Shown here piece by piece: positions 19,676 through 28,761 of a DNA stretch of 32,000 bases. Below the pieces are notes generated by a model. It made no database searches and was not told the DNA's origin. It saw only the letters and a program-made list of their open reading frames with translations. Position numbers and translations under genes: made by a program. This DNA is from Bacillus subtilis subsp. subtilis str. 168 (GTDB lineage: Bacteria; Bacillota; Bacilli; Bacillales; Bacillaceae): contig NC_000964.3 in the NCBI RefSeq assembly GCF_000009045.1, positions 3,300,001 to 3,332,000 on the forward strand, written 5' to 3'. Every line of letters starts with the position of its first letter. Position 1 is the stretch's first letter.

Positions 19676-20308
19676 ATGAAACGAACCGCTGTCAGCCTCT
19701 GCCTGCTGACCGGACTATTATCCGGGTGCGGAGGCGCAGGATTGGATAATGCCCAAAATGTCCGGAATCAGACGCAGAATCAAACCAAACCCATTCATGT
19801 GTCGGACCGCAACGAGGCTTTTAACAGGCATAATGAGAACGAACAATTTGGCTATGTCCGCTATCAAAAAGAACAATTTGACGGAGAACAGCAGAAAACG
19901 CCGGTGATGAACCGGGAAGAAACCGCTCACATGATATCAAGTTTAACGGTTCAGCTCCCCCATATTCAAGATGCTGCGACATTGGTGACTGACCGAGAAG
20001 CGCTTGTCGTATACAAAACCGATTCTAAAAACCGGGAGCTGACCGCCGATCAGGTGAAAAAAACAGCGGCTTCTGTGATACCGCGATACTATCACGTGTA
20101 TATTTCCGATAATCCAAACCATATGCAATCCGTCGAAAATTACAGCAATCTCGGCTCTGGTTCAAGGGATATTAGAGAGATCATGTCGGGGACGATTCAA
20201 GAAATGAAAACCTCCCCGCAAGGAAGCCCTGTCTCAGAGAATGAAAATGCCAATGGAGAAACGCGTCAGGACATGAAAATCGATAGGAATGACAAAAACG
20301 CCAGATGA
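19676..20308 (+). CDS. yutC: Sporulation lipoprotein, YhcN/YlaJ family (210 aa)
   Basis: It has a signal peptide with lipobox LLSGC. GAGGAGGG lies before the ATG. Confidence 0.9.
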   Translation: MKRTAVSLCLLTGLLSGCGGAGLDNAQNVRNQTQNQTKPIHVSDRNEAFNRHNENEQFGYVRYQKEQFDGEQQKTPVMNREETAHMISSLTVQLPHIQDAATLVTDREALVVYKTDSKNRELTADQVKKTAASVIPRYYHVYISDNPNHMQSVENYSNLGSGSRDIREIMSGTIQEMKTSPQGSPVSENENANGETRQDMKIDRNDKNAR

Positions 20309-20320
20309 TCTGGCGTTTTG
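20294..20320. terminator. Bidirectional terminator between convergent yutC and lipA
   Basis: Stem AAAACGCCAGA / TCTGGCGTTTT, whose 3-nt loop TGA (20306-20308) is the yutC stop codon. A and T runs lie on both sides. Confidence 0.75.
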
Positions 20321-20323
20321 GCA

Positions 20324-21220
20324 TTATGCTTGTGCTTGACGCTTTTTAGATGCTTCGTTTACTTGTTCATCCGCATGGTAAGAGGAACGGACAAGCGGAC
20401 CGGCTTCACAATGGCTGAAGCCTTTTTGCATCGCGATTTCTTTTAATTCTGCAAATTCATCAGGATGGTAGTATTTTTGGACTTTCAAGTGTTTCTTCGT
20501 CGGCTGCAGATATTGGCCGATTGCCATAATATCCACGTTGTTCGCCAAGAGGTCGTCCATTACTTCAATAATCTCTTCTTTTGTTTCGCCGAGTCCGATC
20601 ATGATACTTGATTTTGTCGGAATGTCAGGCTGCATTTCCTTCGCACGGCGCAAAAATTCCAATGAACGGTCGTACGTCGCACGCGCGCGGACTCTTGGCG
20701 TCAGGCGGCGAACCGTTTCGATATTGTGATTCAGGATGTCTGGGCGTGTATCCATCAAGGTTTTTAGGTTATCGTAGTTTCCGCCCATATCAGACGGCAG
20801 CACCTCAATTGTTGTGAACGGGCTTTTTCTGCGGATCGCACGGACAGTTTCCGCGAAAATGCCTGCCCCGCCATCTTTCTGATCGTCACGCGCAACAGCC
20901 GTAATGACCGCGTGTTTCAAATTCATAAGCGCGACTGAATCCGCTACGCGTTCCGGCTCTTGCAGATCAAGCTCAGTTGGAAGGCCTGTTTTGACAGCAC
21001 AGAAACGGCATGCTCTTGTACAAACAGAACCTAAAATCATAAATGTCGCTGTACGTCTGACCGCCCAGCATTCATGAATATTCGGACACTTTGCTTCTTC
21101 GCATACGGTATGCAGGTTGTTTTCCCGCATGAGTTTTTTGAGCCCTGTATAGTTTTCATTTGTATTTAATTTAATTTTAAGCCATTCGGGCTTTCTGAGG
21201 TGTTCGTCTTTCTTTGCCAA
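20324..21220 (-). CDS. lipA: Lipoyl synthase, radical SAM (298 aa)
   Basis: Radical-SAM motif CTRACRFC and auxiliary-cluster motif [12 protein letters not shown] are present. The start is a TTG at 21220, 10 nt after TTGGAG. Confidence 0.96.
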   Translation of the reverse strand: MAKKDEHLRKPEWLKIKLNTNENYTGLKKLMRENNLHTVCEEAKCPNIHECWAVRRTATFMILGSVCTRACRFCAVKTGLPTELDLQEPERVADSVALMNLKHAVITAVARDDQKDGGAGIFAETVRAIRRKSPFTTIEVLPSDMGGNYDNLKTLMDTRPDILNHNIETVRRLTPRVRARATYDRSLEFLRRAKEMQPDIPTKSSIMIGLGETKEEIIEVMDDLLANNVDIMAIGQYLQPTKKHLKVQKYYHPDEFAELKEIAMQKGFSHCEAGPLVRSSYHADEQVNEASKKRQAQA

Positions 21221-21454
21221 TTCCCATCATCTCCAATATCCAATATACTCAATTTCTGACACGAAACATTCTGAAAACGAGAAAGGTGCAGGTTTTAGTT
21301 CTGCAACAAAAATAATGTTTTTCTAACTAAAGAAAGTCTTTTCTTTAGACACTTTAACATAGGAAAAATTTCTCGACAAGGGAAGATGATTACTGACATT
21401 TTTAAGCCGGGTTGCCGCAAACTATGTGTATTCAATATGAAAGGAGATTATTTT

Positions 21455-22435
21455 GTGAAAGTTTTGTTATCCGCTCTTCTTCTCCTTTTGTTTGCATTTG
21501 AGCCTTCTGCGTCTGGAAAAAAACTTTCAGATCCAGTGCTGTCGAAACGGATGGAATTATATCATAAAATCGAAGCTGTGACGCAGATCCCTTGGTATGC
21601 GCTCGCCGCTGTTGATCAATACGAAGAAAACGTGCGGAGCAACCGGAAAGATCTGCCTGAAAAGGCGGGAATCATCAGCATCTATATACCCGATGATATC
21701 TGGAGCGGGCCTGAAAACCCGAATCCGAAAGACGATGCGCCGTTAAGCATTAAAGTGTTTGACGGAATCGGAATGGATGGCGATGGAGACGGGAAAGCCG
21801 AGGTCAGCAACGATGAAGATATCTTGTATACGTTCAGCCAATACTTACTGTCGTATGGCACAGATGAAGACAACATCCGGATCGGGCTTTGGAATTATTA
21901 CCGGCGTGATCAGACAGTGGGGATTATATCTGAATTCATGAAGCTGTTTAAAGCCTACGGCCATATTGATCTGGGCGAGCATGCATTCCCGCTTCCGATC
22001 AGAACCGATTACAGCTACCGAAGCACGTGGGGAGATGCCCGCGGCTTCGGTGGAAGGCGGATTCATGAAGGTACGGATATCTTTGCCCATTACGGCCTTC
22101 CTGTCAAATCCACATGTTACGGCGTAGTTGAAATGAAGGGCTGGAACCGCTTCGGAGGATGGAGAATCGGCATCAGGGACATTAACAATACGTATCATTA
22201 TTTTGCCCATCTCAATGGGTTTGCCAAAGGGATTAAAACAGGACAAATCGTTGAGCCTGGCCAAGTGATCGGATCAGTCGGCAGCTCCGGATACGGCCCG
22301 CCGGGAACCGCCGGGAAGTTCCCGCCGCATCTGCACTATGGCATGTACAAAGATAACGGAAGAACCGAATGGTCATTTGATCCATACCCGCATTTGAGGG
22401 CGTGGGAGCGATATGAATACCAAAAAAAGAAGTAA
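21455..22435 (+). CDS. lytH: M23-family peptidoglycan endopeptidase, sporulation-specific (326 aa)
   Basis: M23 motifs HEGTDI and HLHYG are present, with an N-terminal signal sequence. The GTG start at 21455 lies 9 nt after AAAGGAG. The track's 23-codon extension lacks an SD. Confidence 0.92.
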   Translation: MKVLLSALLLLLFAFEPSASGKKLSDPVLSKRMELYHKIEAVTQIPWYALAAVDQYEENVRSNRKDLPEKAGIISIYIPDDIWSGPENPNPKDDAPLSIKVFDGIGMDGDGDGKAEVSNDEDILYTFSQYLLSYGTDEDNIRIGLWNYYRRDQTVGIISEFMKLFKAYGHIDLGEHAFPLPIRTDYSYRSTWGDARGFGGRRIHEGTDIFAHYGLPVKSTCYGVVEMKGWNRFGGWRIGIRDINNTYHYFAHLNGFAKGIKTGQIVEPGQVIGSVGSSGYGPPGTAGKFPPHLHYGMYKDNGRTEWSFDPYPHLRAWERYEYQKKK

Positions 22436-22470
22436 CAAAAAGCCGCCTCTTCAACAGGCGGCTTATTTGC
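22436..22470. terminator. Bidirectional terminator between convergent lytH and yunB
   Basis: Stem AGCCGCC / GGCGGCT with loop TCTTCAACA. AAAAA lies on the left and TATTTG on the right. The yunB stop (22463-22465) overlaps the 3' arm. Confidence 0.7.
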
Positions 22471-23227
22471 TGCTTTTTTCTTTTTTTGAATCGGCACCGT
22501 TTTCTTTGCTGCTCGGAAGCTGGACAGAAGGCGTGACACCCGAGCCGCCGCTTCCATTATAAAACTGCGGCACTTCGCCCTGCACTGCTTTAATCGATAC
22601 AGGAACATTATTTGTGACGACAGCGGTTTTGCTGGCAAATGGAATGATGACCTTCACTTTAATTTCGACAAAGATGCTGATATCAATAAGTGCGTTATTT
22701 ATGCCATACGGCTTGATTTTGGTTTTGACATCTGTAAAAGCGTCACCGATTAAATTGAACCGGACCGGGATTTTCGGCCCGAGGTTTCCAAGAAGGCTGT
22801 TGCCGGTTACCTGTCCCAGCGGAATGTTGATCATAATGTTTTCACTGGCGCCGCTGTGTCCGGTATGGGTTTCCATCTCTTTCAAATGAGCCTGAAGCTG
22901 CTTTGTCACTTTTGTTTTCACACTGTTTACAACCTGTGTATTAAAATCGATTGTCGTTAAGTTTCCGTTTTCATCAGAATTCATTTGAAACATATCTTTC
23001 ATATTTTCACTGTCAGACATATAGTCCTCAATCGAATCCTGGATCACCTCTGTCGCTATACGCTTCGTTTCCATCTCGCCGATGTCCATTAAAACAGGTT
23101 TGATCGAGCCATTGATCATCCAAAGGCTGACCGTTGTTGACAGGATAAAAAAGACAACGGACAGGAGCATCACGTAACGGAAAGGCAAAGGTCCTCTCTT
23201 GCGAAAAGGGCCGCGATATCTTGGCAA
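22463..23227 (-). CDS. yunB: Sporulation protein YunB (254 aa), N-terminal membrane anchor
   Basis: Recognised as YunB. The start is a TTG at 23227, 6 nt after AAGGGGGG. A hydrophobic segment YVMLLSVVFFILSTTVSLWMI is present. Confidence 0.9.
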   Translation of the reverse strand: MPRYRGPFRKRGPLPFRYVMLLSVVFFILSTTVSLWMINGSIKPVLMDIGEMETKRIATEVIQDSIEDYMSDSENMKDMFQMNSDENGNLTTIDFNTQVVNSVKTKVTKQLQAHLKEMETHTGHSGASENIMINIPLGQVTGNSLLGNLGPKIPVRFNLIGDAFTDVKTKIKPYGINNALIDISIFVEIKVKVIIPFASKTAVVTNNVPVSIKAVQGEVPQFYNGSGGSGVTPSVQLPSSKENGADSKKEKSSK

Positions 23228-23233
23228 GAAAAT

Positions 23234-23271
23234 CCCCCCTTACATATCACAATGTATGCTTGTAAGAGGGG
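23234..23271 (-). terminator. Terminator-like hairpin downstream of yunC; its 3' arm contains the yunB Shine-Dalgarno
   Basis: The minus strand reads CCCCTCTTACA-(16 nt)-TGTAAGGGGGG followed by ATTTTCTT. That is an 11-bp stem with one G.U pair. Confidence 0.5.
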
Positions 23272-23279
23272 ACATAGTA
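23251..23279 (-). promoter_or_regulatory. Sigma-E-type promoter candidate for yunB (TACTATG-N14-CATACATT)
   Basis: The plus strand reads AATGTATG at 23251-23258, which is CATACATT on the minus strand. CATAGTA at 23273-23279 is TACTATG on the minus strand. Compare with the sigma-E consensus as I recall it, (T/G)(A/C)ATAnn-N14-CATACAhT. yunB is a known mother-cell gene. Confidence 0.5.
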
Positions 23280-23299
23280 ATAGCCGGGGCCAATTTATT

Positions 23300-23605
23300 T
23301 TATTTCATCATTTTTAAAAGCGCTTCTCTGCCGCTCATGCCGACTTTGATGCCAAGATCTTCCGCAGCGTACGTGACGGATTCTAAAGGTGCGTCTAACA
23401 GCTGGTCAATGGTGCGGACACCAACTGCGCGTCCCGCCACGATGCCGCGCTCCTTTAATTTTTCATTCAGCAGCGCCACATCAAGCGCGCCGCACATAAT
23501 GTATCCGTGATCATTGGCGACGGCCATAAAATTCGTTTTGGGAAGCTTTACTGTCACAGCTGTAAAAGGCTGTCCTTCTATCATGATCGGTGTCAGGTTT
23601 ACCAC
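23300..23605 (-). CDS. yunC: DUF1805-family protein (101 aa)
   Basis: The GTG start at 23605 lies 8 nt after GGAG of GAAGGGAGTGG. The ATG at 23623 has no SD. Confidence 0.85.
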   Translation of the reverse strand: MVNLTPIMIEGQPFTAVTVKLPKTNFMAVANDHGYIMCGALDVALLNEKLKERGIVAGRAVGVRTIDQLLDAPLESVTYAAEDLGIKVGMSGREALLKMMK

Positions 23606-23669
23606 GTCAACCACTCCCTTCATTCATCACTTTATGATGAAGGGCACAGCTTGTTGTGGGCTGACTGCC

Positions 23670-25058
23670 TTATTGTGCAAGCTTCCAAGCAAGCAGATCC
23701 CGCAAAAATTCCGGCATAAAATATTCTTTTTCTGCAGCGTCGCGAATCAACGGAAACAGTTTGCCGAGCGTAAACATATCAAGCACCGCAACGGAGTATT
23801 GTTTATGTTTTTCAATATCTTCCCCGTTCAGTGTGATCCGAGTGACGTGGGTGATCCCGTCATCGAGCCGTTTCGTTTCTACCTCAACGCCGGCATACAC
23901 CATTTTCCCCATCACTTCTCCGCGGAAGCCGAGTCCTTTGATCCGGAGCTGCTCCATTTGTTCGGAAGCGGCATGGACAATGGTTTCCTTCAGTTCTTCT
24001 CCCGTCAGGCGGACAGCCACCGGGTTGATCGGATGCGGACAGATGCGGTGCAGATCCAGCTTTGTCACAGGACCTGCTTTTAGCGGACCGAGAATGACAC
24101 CTGAATTGACCATACTGATGTCCGTCTCGCACCATTCCTTTAAGGCGTATGCCAAAAGCAAAGGCAGCTCTGATTCTTCAAACCACTTCACCTCAGCATC
24201 TTGTGCAAGCTCTGCAACGGCATCGGACAGTTTCTCCTCGGCTTCACGTTCTTTTTCATTGAGAAACGCTTTAGTTTCTGCGGATTCTCCTGTCCATTCC
24301 GCCATGTTCTGCACAGAAGCCGTTTTGCTGTTGATGCTTCGCTGTACGCTGTCCACCGTGATTTCTACACAGCCGACATAATGCCCGTATTTCTCGGCGC
24401 TGGCCAGCAGTACCCCATTAACCACTTGTCCATCTTCGAGCAAATGATGGGTATGTGATTCGAGGATTACATCAATCTCAGGCACCGCTTCAGCCACTGC
24501 TTGATCATCAAGAATGCCTAAATGTGACAGCAGAACGATAATATCAGCCTGCCCTTTCACTTCCAGAATGGTTTCCTTTATGCTTTCAAGGGCATCCGTA
24601 ACTGTCCATCCCAGCTTGTCATATACAGGATAATACGGCACAGTTACACCTAAGAAAGCAATGGACATACCGTTTTTCAATGATTTGATATGGTAAGGCA
24701 CCGCCCAGGACGGACGGTTTCCATTTTTATCAAACAGGTTAGAGACGATGACAGGAAATTCAGCATGATCATATAAGGCAGCAAGCTCTTCATGCGGAAG
24801 CGTAATCCCTTCGTTATTGCCGATCGCCGCTCCATCAATGTGAAGGCGGTTTAAGAGATCGACATTCGCTTTTCCGAATGTCGCCTCTGTCACGAATTGA
24901 AAACGATCAAGATGATCGCCAATATCAAAAACGAGCGTCTCTTCGCCGTCTGACTGATGCTCTTTTCTTTTCTGCTCGATATAATCTACAATTTTCGGCC
25001 AGTTTTCAAAATGGCTGTGCAAATCATTTGTATGATATAAGCGGAGCTTCTCCTTCAT
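23670..25058 (-). CDS. yunD: Metallophosphoesterase with 5'-nucleotidase C-terminal domain, no signal peptide (462 aa)
   Basis: Calcineurin-like motifs HTNDLHSH, GDHLD and GNNEG are present. ATG at 25058 lies 7 nt after GGGAG. The track's 13-codon extension overlaps the yunE stop. Confidence 0.9.
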   Translation of the reverse strand: MKEKLRLYHTNDLHSHFENWPKIVDYIEQKRKEHQSDGEETLVFDIGDHLDRFQFVTEATFGKANVDLLNRLHIDGAAIGNNEGITLPHEELAALYDHAEFPVIVSNLFDKNGNRPSWAVPYHIKSLKNGMSIAFLGVTVPYYPVYDKLGWTVTDALESIKETILEVKGQADIIVLLSHLGILDDQAVAEAVPEIDVILESHTHHLLEDGQVVNGVLLASAEKYGHYVGCVEITVDSVQRSINSKTASVQNMAEWTGESAETKAFLNEKEREAEEKLSDAVAELAQDAEVKWFEESELPLLLAYALKEWCETDISMVNSGVILGPLKAGPVTKLDLHRICPHPINPVAVRLTGEELKETIVHAASEQMEQLRIKGLGFRGEVMGKMVYAGVEVETKRLDDGITHVTRITLNGEDIEKHKQYSVAVLDMFTLGKLFPLIRDAAEKEYFMPEFLRDLLAWKLAQ

Positions 25059-25077
25059 AATATCTCTCCCTAATCGT

Positions 25078-25899
25078 TCAGCTGAAAATGCCTTCATAAA
25101 TGAGCTGGCAGCCGATCAAAATCAATACGATCCGCATGATCATAACGATCGTTTTCGTCTGCATTTTTCTGTTGATGGCGGCGCCAAGCTTTCCGCCGAA
25201 CCAAGCGCCGGGCACAAGCGCGAGGGCGTACAGCCAATTGACGTGCCCGGAAATCATATGTGAAACAGACCCTGTCATAGAAGACAGGAAAATAATAAAC
25301 ATGGACGTTGCCACCGCAACCTTCGGCGGAAACAGAAATAACAGCATCATCGCCGGAACCATCAGTGATCCGCCGCCTATACCGAAAAGTCCGCCTAAAA
25401 AACCGACAACAAAGGCAATGGCAATACCGACAGAGGCCTGATATGAGTACGTATAAGGCTCACCGGCATCATCCTGAAATGTCCGGATAATTCCTTTGTG
25501 CGCTTTGTTGATTGGCCGGGCTTTCGCTTTCAGCATTAAGGATAATGAAATCAGAATCATAAAAATGCCAAACCAAACGGAAAACGAGTTTGAATTGAAC
25601 AGCTTTGACACGTAAGCCCCGATCATGCTGCCGGGACCCGAACCGATAAAGAAAATGAGTCCGCTCTTATAATCAACTGTTTTATATTTAATATAAGCCA
25701 AAGTTGAAGAAAGGCCCGTAAAAATAATGACCAAAAGCGAAGTTCCAATCGCAACCTGCGGCGTCACATCCTGAAACAGCTGCGTCACTGTGCTTAAAAA
25801 CATCAGAGATGGCACAATGACAATTCCGCCGCCAAGCCCGATCAGACTTCCTACCGTACCTGCGATTAATCCCAGTACGACCAAAATCACAAACGACAT
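25078..25899 (-). CDS. yunE: TauE/SafE (DUF81) family membrane transporter (273 aa)
   Basis: It is polytopic, with duplicated Gly-rich motifs LIGLGGGIVIVP and LFGIGGGSLMVP. ATG at 25899 lies 9 nt after AGAGG. Confidence 0.9.
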   Translation of the reverse strand: MSFVILVVLGLIAGTVGSLIGLGGGIVIVPSLMFLSTVTQLFQDVTPQVAIGTSLLVIIFTGLSSTLAYIKYKTVDYKSGLIFFIGSGPGSMIGAYVSKLFNSNSFSVWFGIFMILISLSLMLKAKARPINKAHKGIIRTFQDDAGEPYTYSYQASVGIAIAFVVGFLGGLFGIGGGSLMVPAMMLLFLFPPKVAVATSMFIIFLSSMTGSVSHMISGHVNWLYALALVPGAWFGGKLGAAINRKMQTKTIVMIMRIVLILIGCQLIYEGIFS

Positions 25900-25916
25900 C
25901 AATCAAAACCTCTTTT

Positions 25917-26765
25917 CTAAAATAAATCGAGCTGTCTCGGAGCAAGTCCGCTGTACTCGATATCAAGCAGTTCAAGCATCTGCTTGCCATTATCCGCAGC
26001 GTCACCGCCGGAATTGTTGTTGAACAGGACAAAAACATCCTTACATTGCTGCTGCAATTCATTCAGGTGCTTTTTCCAATCCTCCAGCTCCTGTTGGTTG
26101 TAGCGGTATAAGTACCTGACCTCCCGCCAGTTTTTCCCGCCATCAGGCTTCATCCAGCCCTGCTTGTTGCGTCCGTGAAACCTGACGAGCGTTTTGTTTT
26201 CATCGGTCGCGCGCAACACGGTCGGAACGCTGCCTTCTCCGATTTGCGGTTCATCACAGACACTGTGAATCCAGCCTTCCGCTTTCATAAATGAAAGCGT
26301 CTGCTCATAAAATGGCGGCGAGAACCAGGAACGGTTTCTGAATTCAAGCGCGCAAGGAATATCTCCCATTTGGTGCTTACACCATCTCAAATAGGCGACA
26401 TTCTCCTTCTTGCAGTCAAACCACGGCGGAAATTGAAACAGCACCATGGCGAGCTTATTGCTATGTAAATATGGCGTTAAAGACACCTTAAACGCATCAA
26501 ACATCTCCTCTTTTGAGTCAAAGGGAATTTCGCCGCGCTGATGCCCTGTCATGCCCTGATATGCTTTCACGATAAATTGGAAGGTTTCGGGCGTTTCCTT
26601 CACCCACTTTTCATTATTGCGCGCCGGCTGAATCGCGTAAAAGCTCGCGTCTAATTCCACGATCGGAAAATGGGAGGAATAGGCCTGCAATTTTTTCTGG
26701 CTGGCCGTTTTCGGCGGATAGATGCTGTCATGATCCCCCCATCCCGTCAGTCCGATATAAATCAC
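25917..26765 (-). CDS. yunF: DUF72 (UPF0759) family protein (282 aa; 284 aa if the ATG at 26771 is used)
   Basis: Recognised as YunF. ATG at 26771 lies only 3 nt after GAGAGG, whereas GTG at 26765 has 9 nt spacing. Confidence 0.85.
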   Translation of the reverse strand: MIYIGLTGWGDHDSIYPPKTASQKKLQAYSSHFPIVELDASFYAIQPARNNEKWVKETPETFQFIVKAYQGMTGHQRGEIPFDSKEEMFDAFKVSLTPYLHSNKLAMVLFQFPPWFDCKKENVAYLRWCKHQMGDIPCALEFRNRSWFSPPFYEQTLSFMKAEGWIHSVCDEPQIGEGSVPTVLRATDENKTLVRFHGRNKQGWMKPDGGKNWREVRYLYRYNQQELEDWKKHLNELQQQCKDVFVLFNNNSGGDAADNGKQMLELLDIEYSGLAPRQLDLF

Positions 26766-26802
26766 ACTCATTCACCTCTCTTCCAGTTTATCACACGTGT
26801 TT

Positions 26803-27150
26803 TCAGGTTTCCTCGGAAATGCTGTTCATATGGCGGGAAAATGCCTCACGCAAATGCTGATATTGTTCCTCATTCGTATCTAAAAACGCCTCTTCTCTTG
26901 AGGAAGGAATGTGCTGATATTCAATAGGCGCCTGAAACTGCTCACTCGTAAAATCGTACACCACACCATTGATGCTGTTATAAAAATGCCAGCTCTCATC
27001 GACTCTTGTTTTGAAAATCGTGCCGCCGAAATGGTCTTGAATCACCAATGCCGTCACGCCGCATTGGCCGCATGACGGGCATTCTTCCGTCCATTTAGAG
27101 CTCGAATGGCGCGACCAGGATTGCTTAAGTATGTATTTGACATGCTCCAT
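26803..27150 (-). CDS. yunG: Small Cys-motif protein of unknown function (115 aa)
   Basis: Motif CPSCGQC is present. ATG at 27150 follows AAGGAGGCGGAGG. The track's 23-codon extension lacks an SD. Confidence 0.82.
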   Translation of the reverse strand: MEHVKYILKQSWSRHSSSKWTEECPSCGQCGVTALVIQDHFGGTIFKTRVDESWHFYNSINGVVYDFTSEQFQAPIEYQHIPSSREEAFLDTNEEQYQHLREAFSRHMNSISEET

Positions 27151-27215
27151 TGCCTCCGCCTCCTTTAAAAAAAGATACCACGTTGATGAGATTTTAAAAA
27201 CTAGAACGGAGGAAA

Positions 27216-27248
27216 TCAAAAAACCCGGCGGTAAAATCCGCCGGGCTT
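27216..27248 (-). terminator. Terminator downstream of pucH
   Basis: Stem CCCGGCGG / CCGCCGGG with loop TAAAAT. The minus strand is followed by TTTTTTGA. It overlaps the pucH stop (27247-27249). Confidence 0.8.
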
Positions 27249-28587
27249 ACGAAGGAACGACCAGAGCTCCGTCAATTTCAGTGACTTTTTCCCCATCATT
27301 GTACACGCACCGGCCTTTGCTGTAAGTGGCCGAAATGCTGCAGGGAAATGTATGTCCTTCGTAAATGCTTTTTTTATGCTTTGCAAACATCGATTCTCTT
27401 GTAACAGTGTACGGCTCCATGCTGACGAGCACGAAATCTGCATCACACCCCGCCTCAAGCCGCCCTTTTTTCTGAAGGCCGAATCGTTTTGCAGGGGCCG
27501 CCGCTGTCCATTCTGCGATGGTTTCAAATGGAATCTGATGCTCAAGCGCCAGTTCCAGCATTCCTAATAAAGTGAACTGCCCGCCGCTGATTCCGCCCCA
27601 TGATAAAAACATGTTATCCTCCCGCTTCAAGGATGGACGGCAAGGGGAATGGTCTGAGGAAACCATGTCAATGTCCCCGGCAATGAGCGTCTCGATCAGC
27701 GTCTCTTTTGATTGCCGTGACCGGAGCGGAGGCGCGCATTTTGCGACAGAGCCCCTTTGCCGTAAATCGTCATGGCTGAACAAGACATAATGCGGACATG
27801 TTTCAACCGAAACATCAAGACCTTCCTGTTTCGCCTCTCTGATCAGCCGGACCGCTTTCGCCGTGCTGATATGGACAAAATGAACCGGACAGCCTGTCAC
27901 CTTCGCATACTGAATCGTGCGATACACCGCTTCAACTTCTGCTTCCTCCGGGCGGGAGGCGGCGTACGCATCCGCATCCACCTTTCCTTTATTGGCCAAA
28001 ACCATCTGCAAGTAGCTTGTGATCGCGTCGCTTTCCGCGTGGAGAGCGAGGATTTTTCCTGCAGCCGCGATTTCTGCCATGCCTTTGAGCAATGTCCGTT
28101 CATCAACAGAGCGGAACTCATCAGTGCCTGACTTTGATAAAAACGCTTTAAACCCGATCGCTCCCGCTTCAGCCATCGGACGGATGTCCTCGATATGGCC
28201 TGGCACAAGGCCGCCCCATAGCGCAAAATCCACGGCAGATTTTTGCCTGCCTAGCTCAGCTTTTGCGAGAAGATGCTCTGCCGTCACGGTTGATGGAATA
28301 CAGTTGAGCGGCATATCAAAATAGGTAGTGCAACCGCCTGCGGCCATCATTTGAGAACCTGTTTCAAACCCCTCCCAATCCTCCCTGCCCGGTTCATTAA
28401 AATGAACATGGCAATCTATCACACCAGGAAACACGTATTTCCCGTCTGCCTGGATGATTTCCGTCCCGCTTGCTTCAATGTCAGAACCTATCTCGGCAAT
28501 GACACCGTTTTGAACTACAATATCAGCTTCTATAACGCCATCTGGCGTAACTGCCTTCGCACCTTTTATCACCATATCGTAAGCCAT
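27247..28587 (-). CDS. pucH: Allantoinase (446 aa)
   Basis: Cyclic amidohydrolase HxH motif DCHVHF is present. ATG at 28587 lies 5 nt after GGGGGGA. Confidence 0.95.
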
Positions 28588-28621
28588 ATTGATCCCCCCA
28601 TGTCAGGATGACGATTTTCCA

Positions 28622-28638
28622 TGTCAGTTTATGTAACA
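28622..28638. promoter_or_regulatory. Perfect TnrA/GlnR box TGTCAGTTTATGTAACA
   Basis: It matches TGTNA-N7-TNACA at all 10 defined positions, in the pucH-pucR divergent region. A TATGAT -10 candidate at 28672-28677 would centre the box at roughly -54. Confidence 0.65.
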
Positions 28639-28726
28639 CAACCAGTTCTATTTTCAACAGTTTACTGCTACTATGATCGTATTACATCAGCAAAACCGCT
28701 AGAATTCCTATTGAAAATTATTCACC

Positions 28727-28739
28727 TTAACCAATGTTT
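28727..28739 (-). promoter_or_regulatory. Perfect PucR box (minus strand AAACATTGGTTAA)
   Basis: It matches the published consensus WWWCNTTGGTTAA (as I recall it) at every position. It lies 23 nt upstream of the pucR ATG and about 140 nt upstream of the pucH ATG. Confidence 0.65.
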
Positions 28740-28761
28740 TTATAGAAAAGGAGAATGCGCT

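Noticed and set aside
21233-21246. Tandem CCAATAT CCAATAT upstream of lipA, considered as a possible repeat array or binding site.
   Set aside because: There are only two 7-nt copies in AT-rich leader DNA, and they overlap the lipA SD region. That is too short to call a repeat element.
21330-21454. Sigma-K promoter for lytH (AC-N16/17-CATAnnnTA).
   Set aside because: The only CATA in range reads CATAGGAAA, which lacks the terminal TA and has no correctly spaced AC. I could not place a convincing promoter by eye, although lytH is reported to be mother-cell expressed.
23624-23640. Hairpin TCATCA-CTTTA-TGATGA in the yunD-yunC spacer, considered as an internal terminator.
   Set aside because: It has only a 6-bp AT-rich stem and no U-tract, and it overlaps the alternative yunC ATG. 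It is unlikely to terminate transcription.
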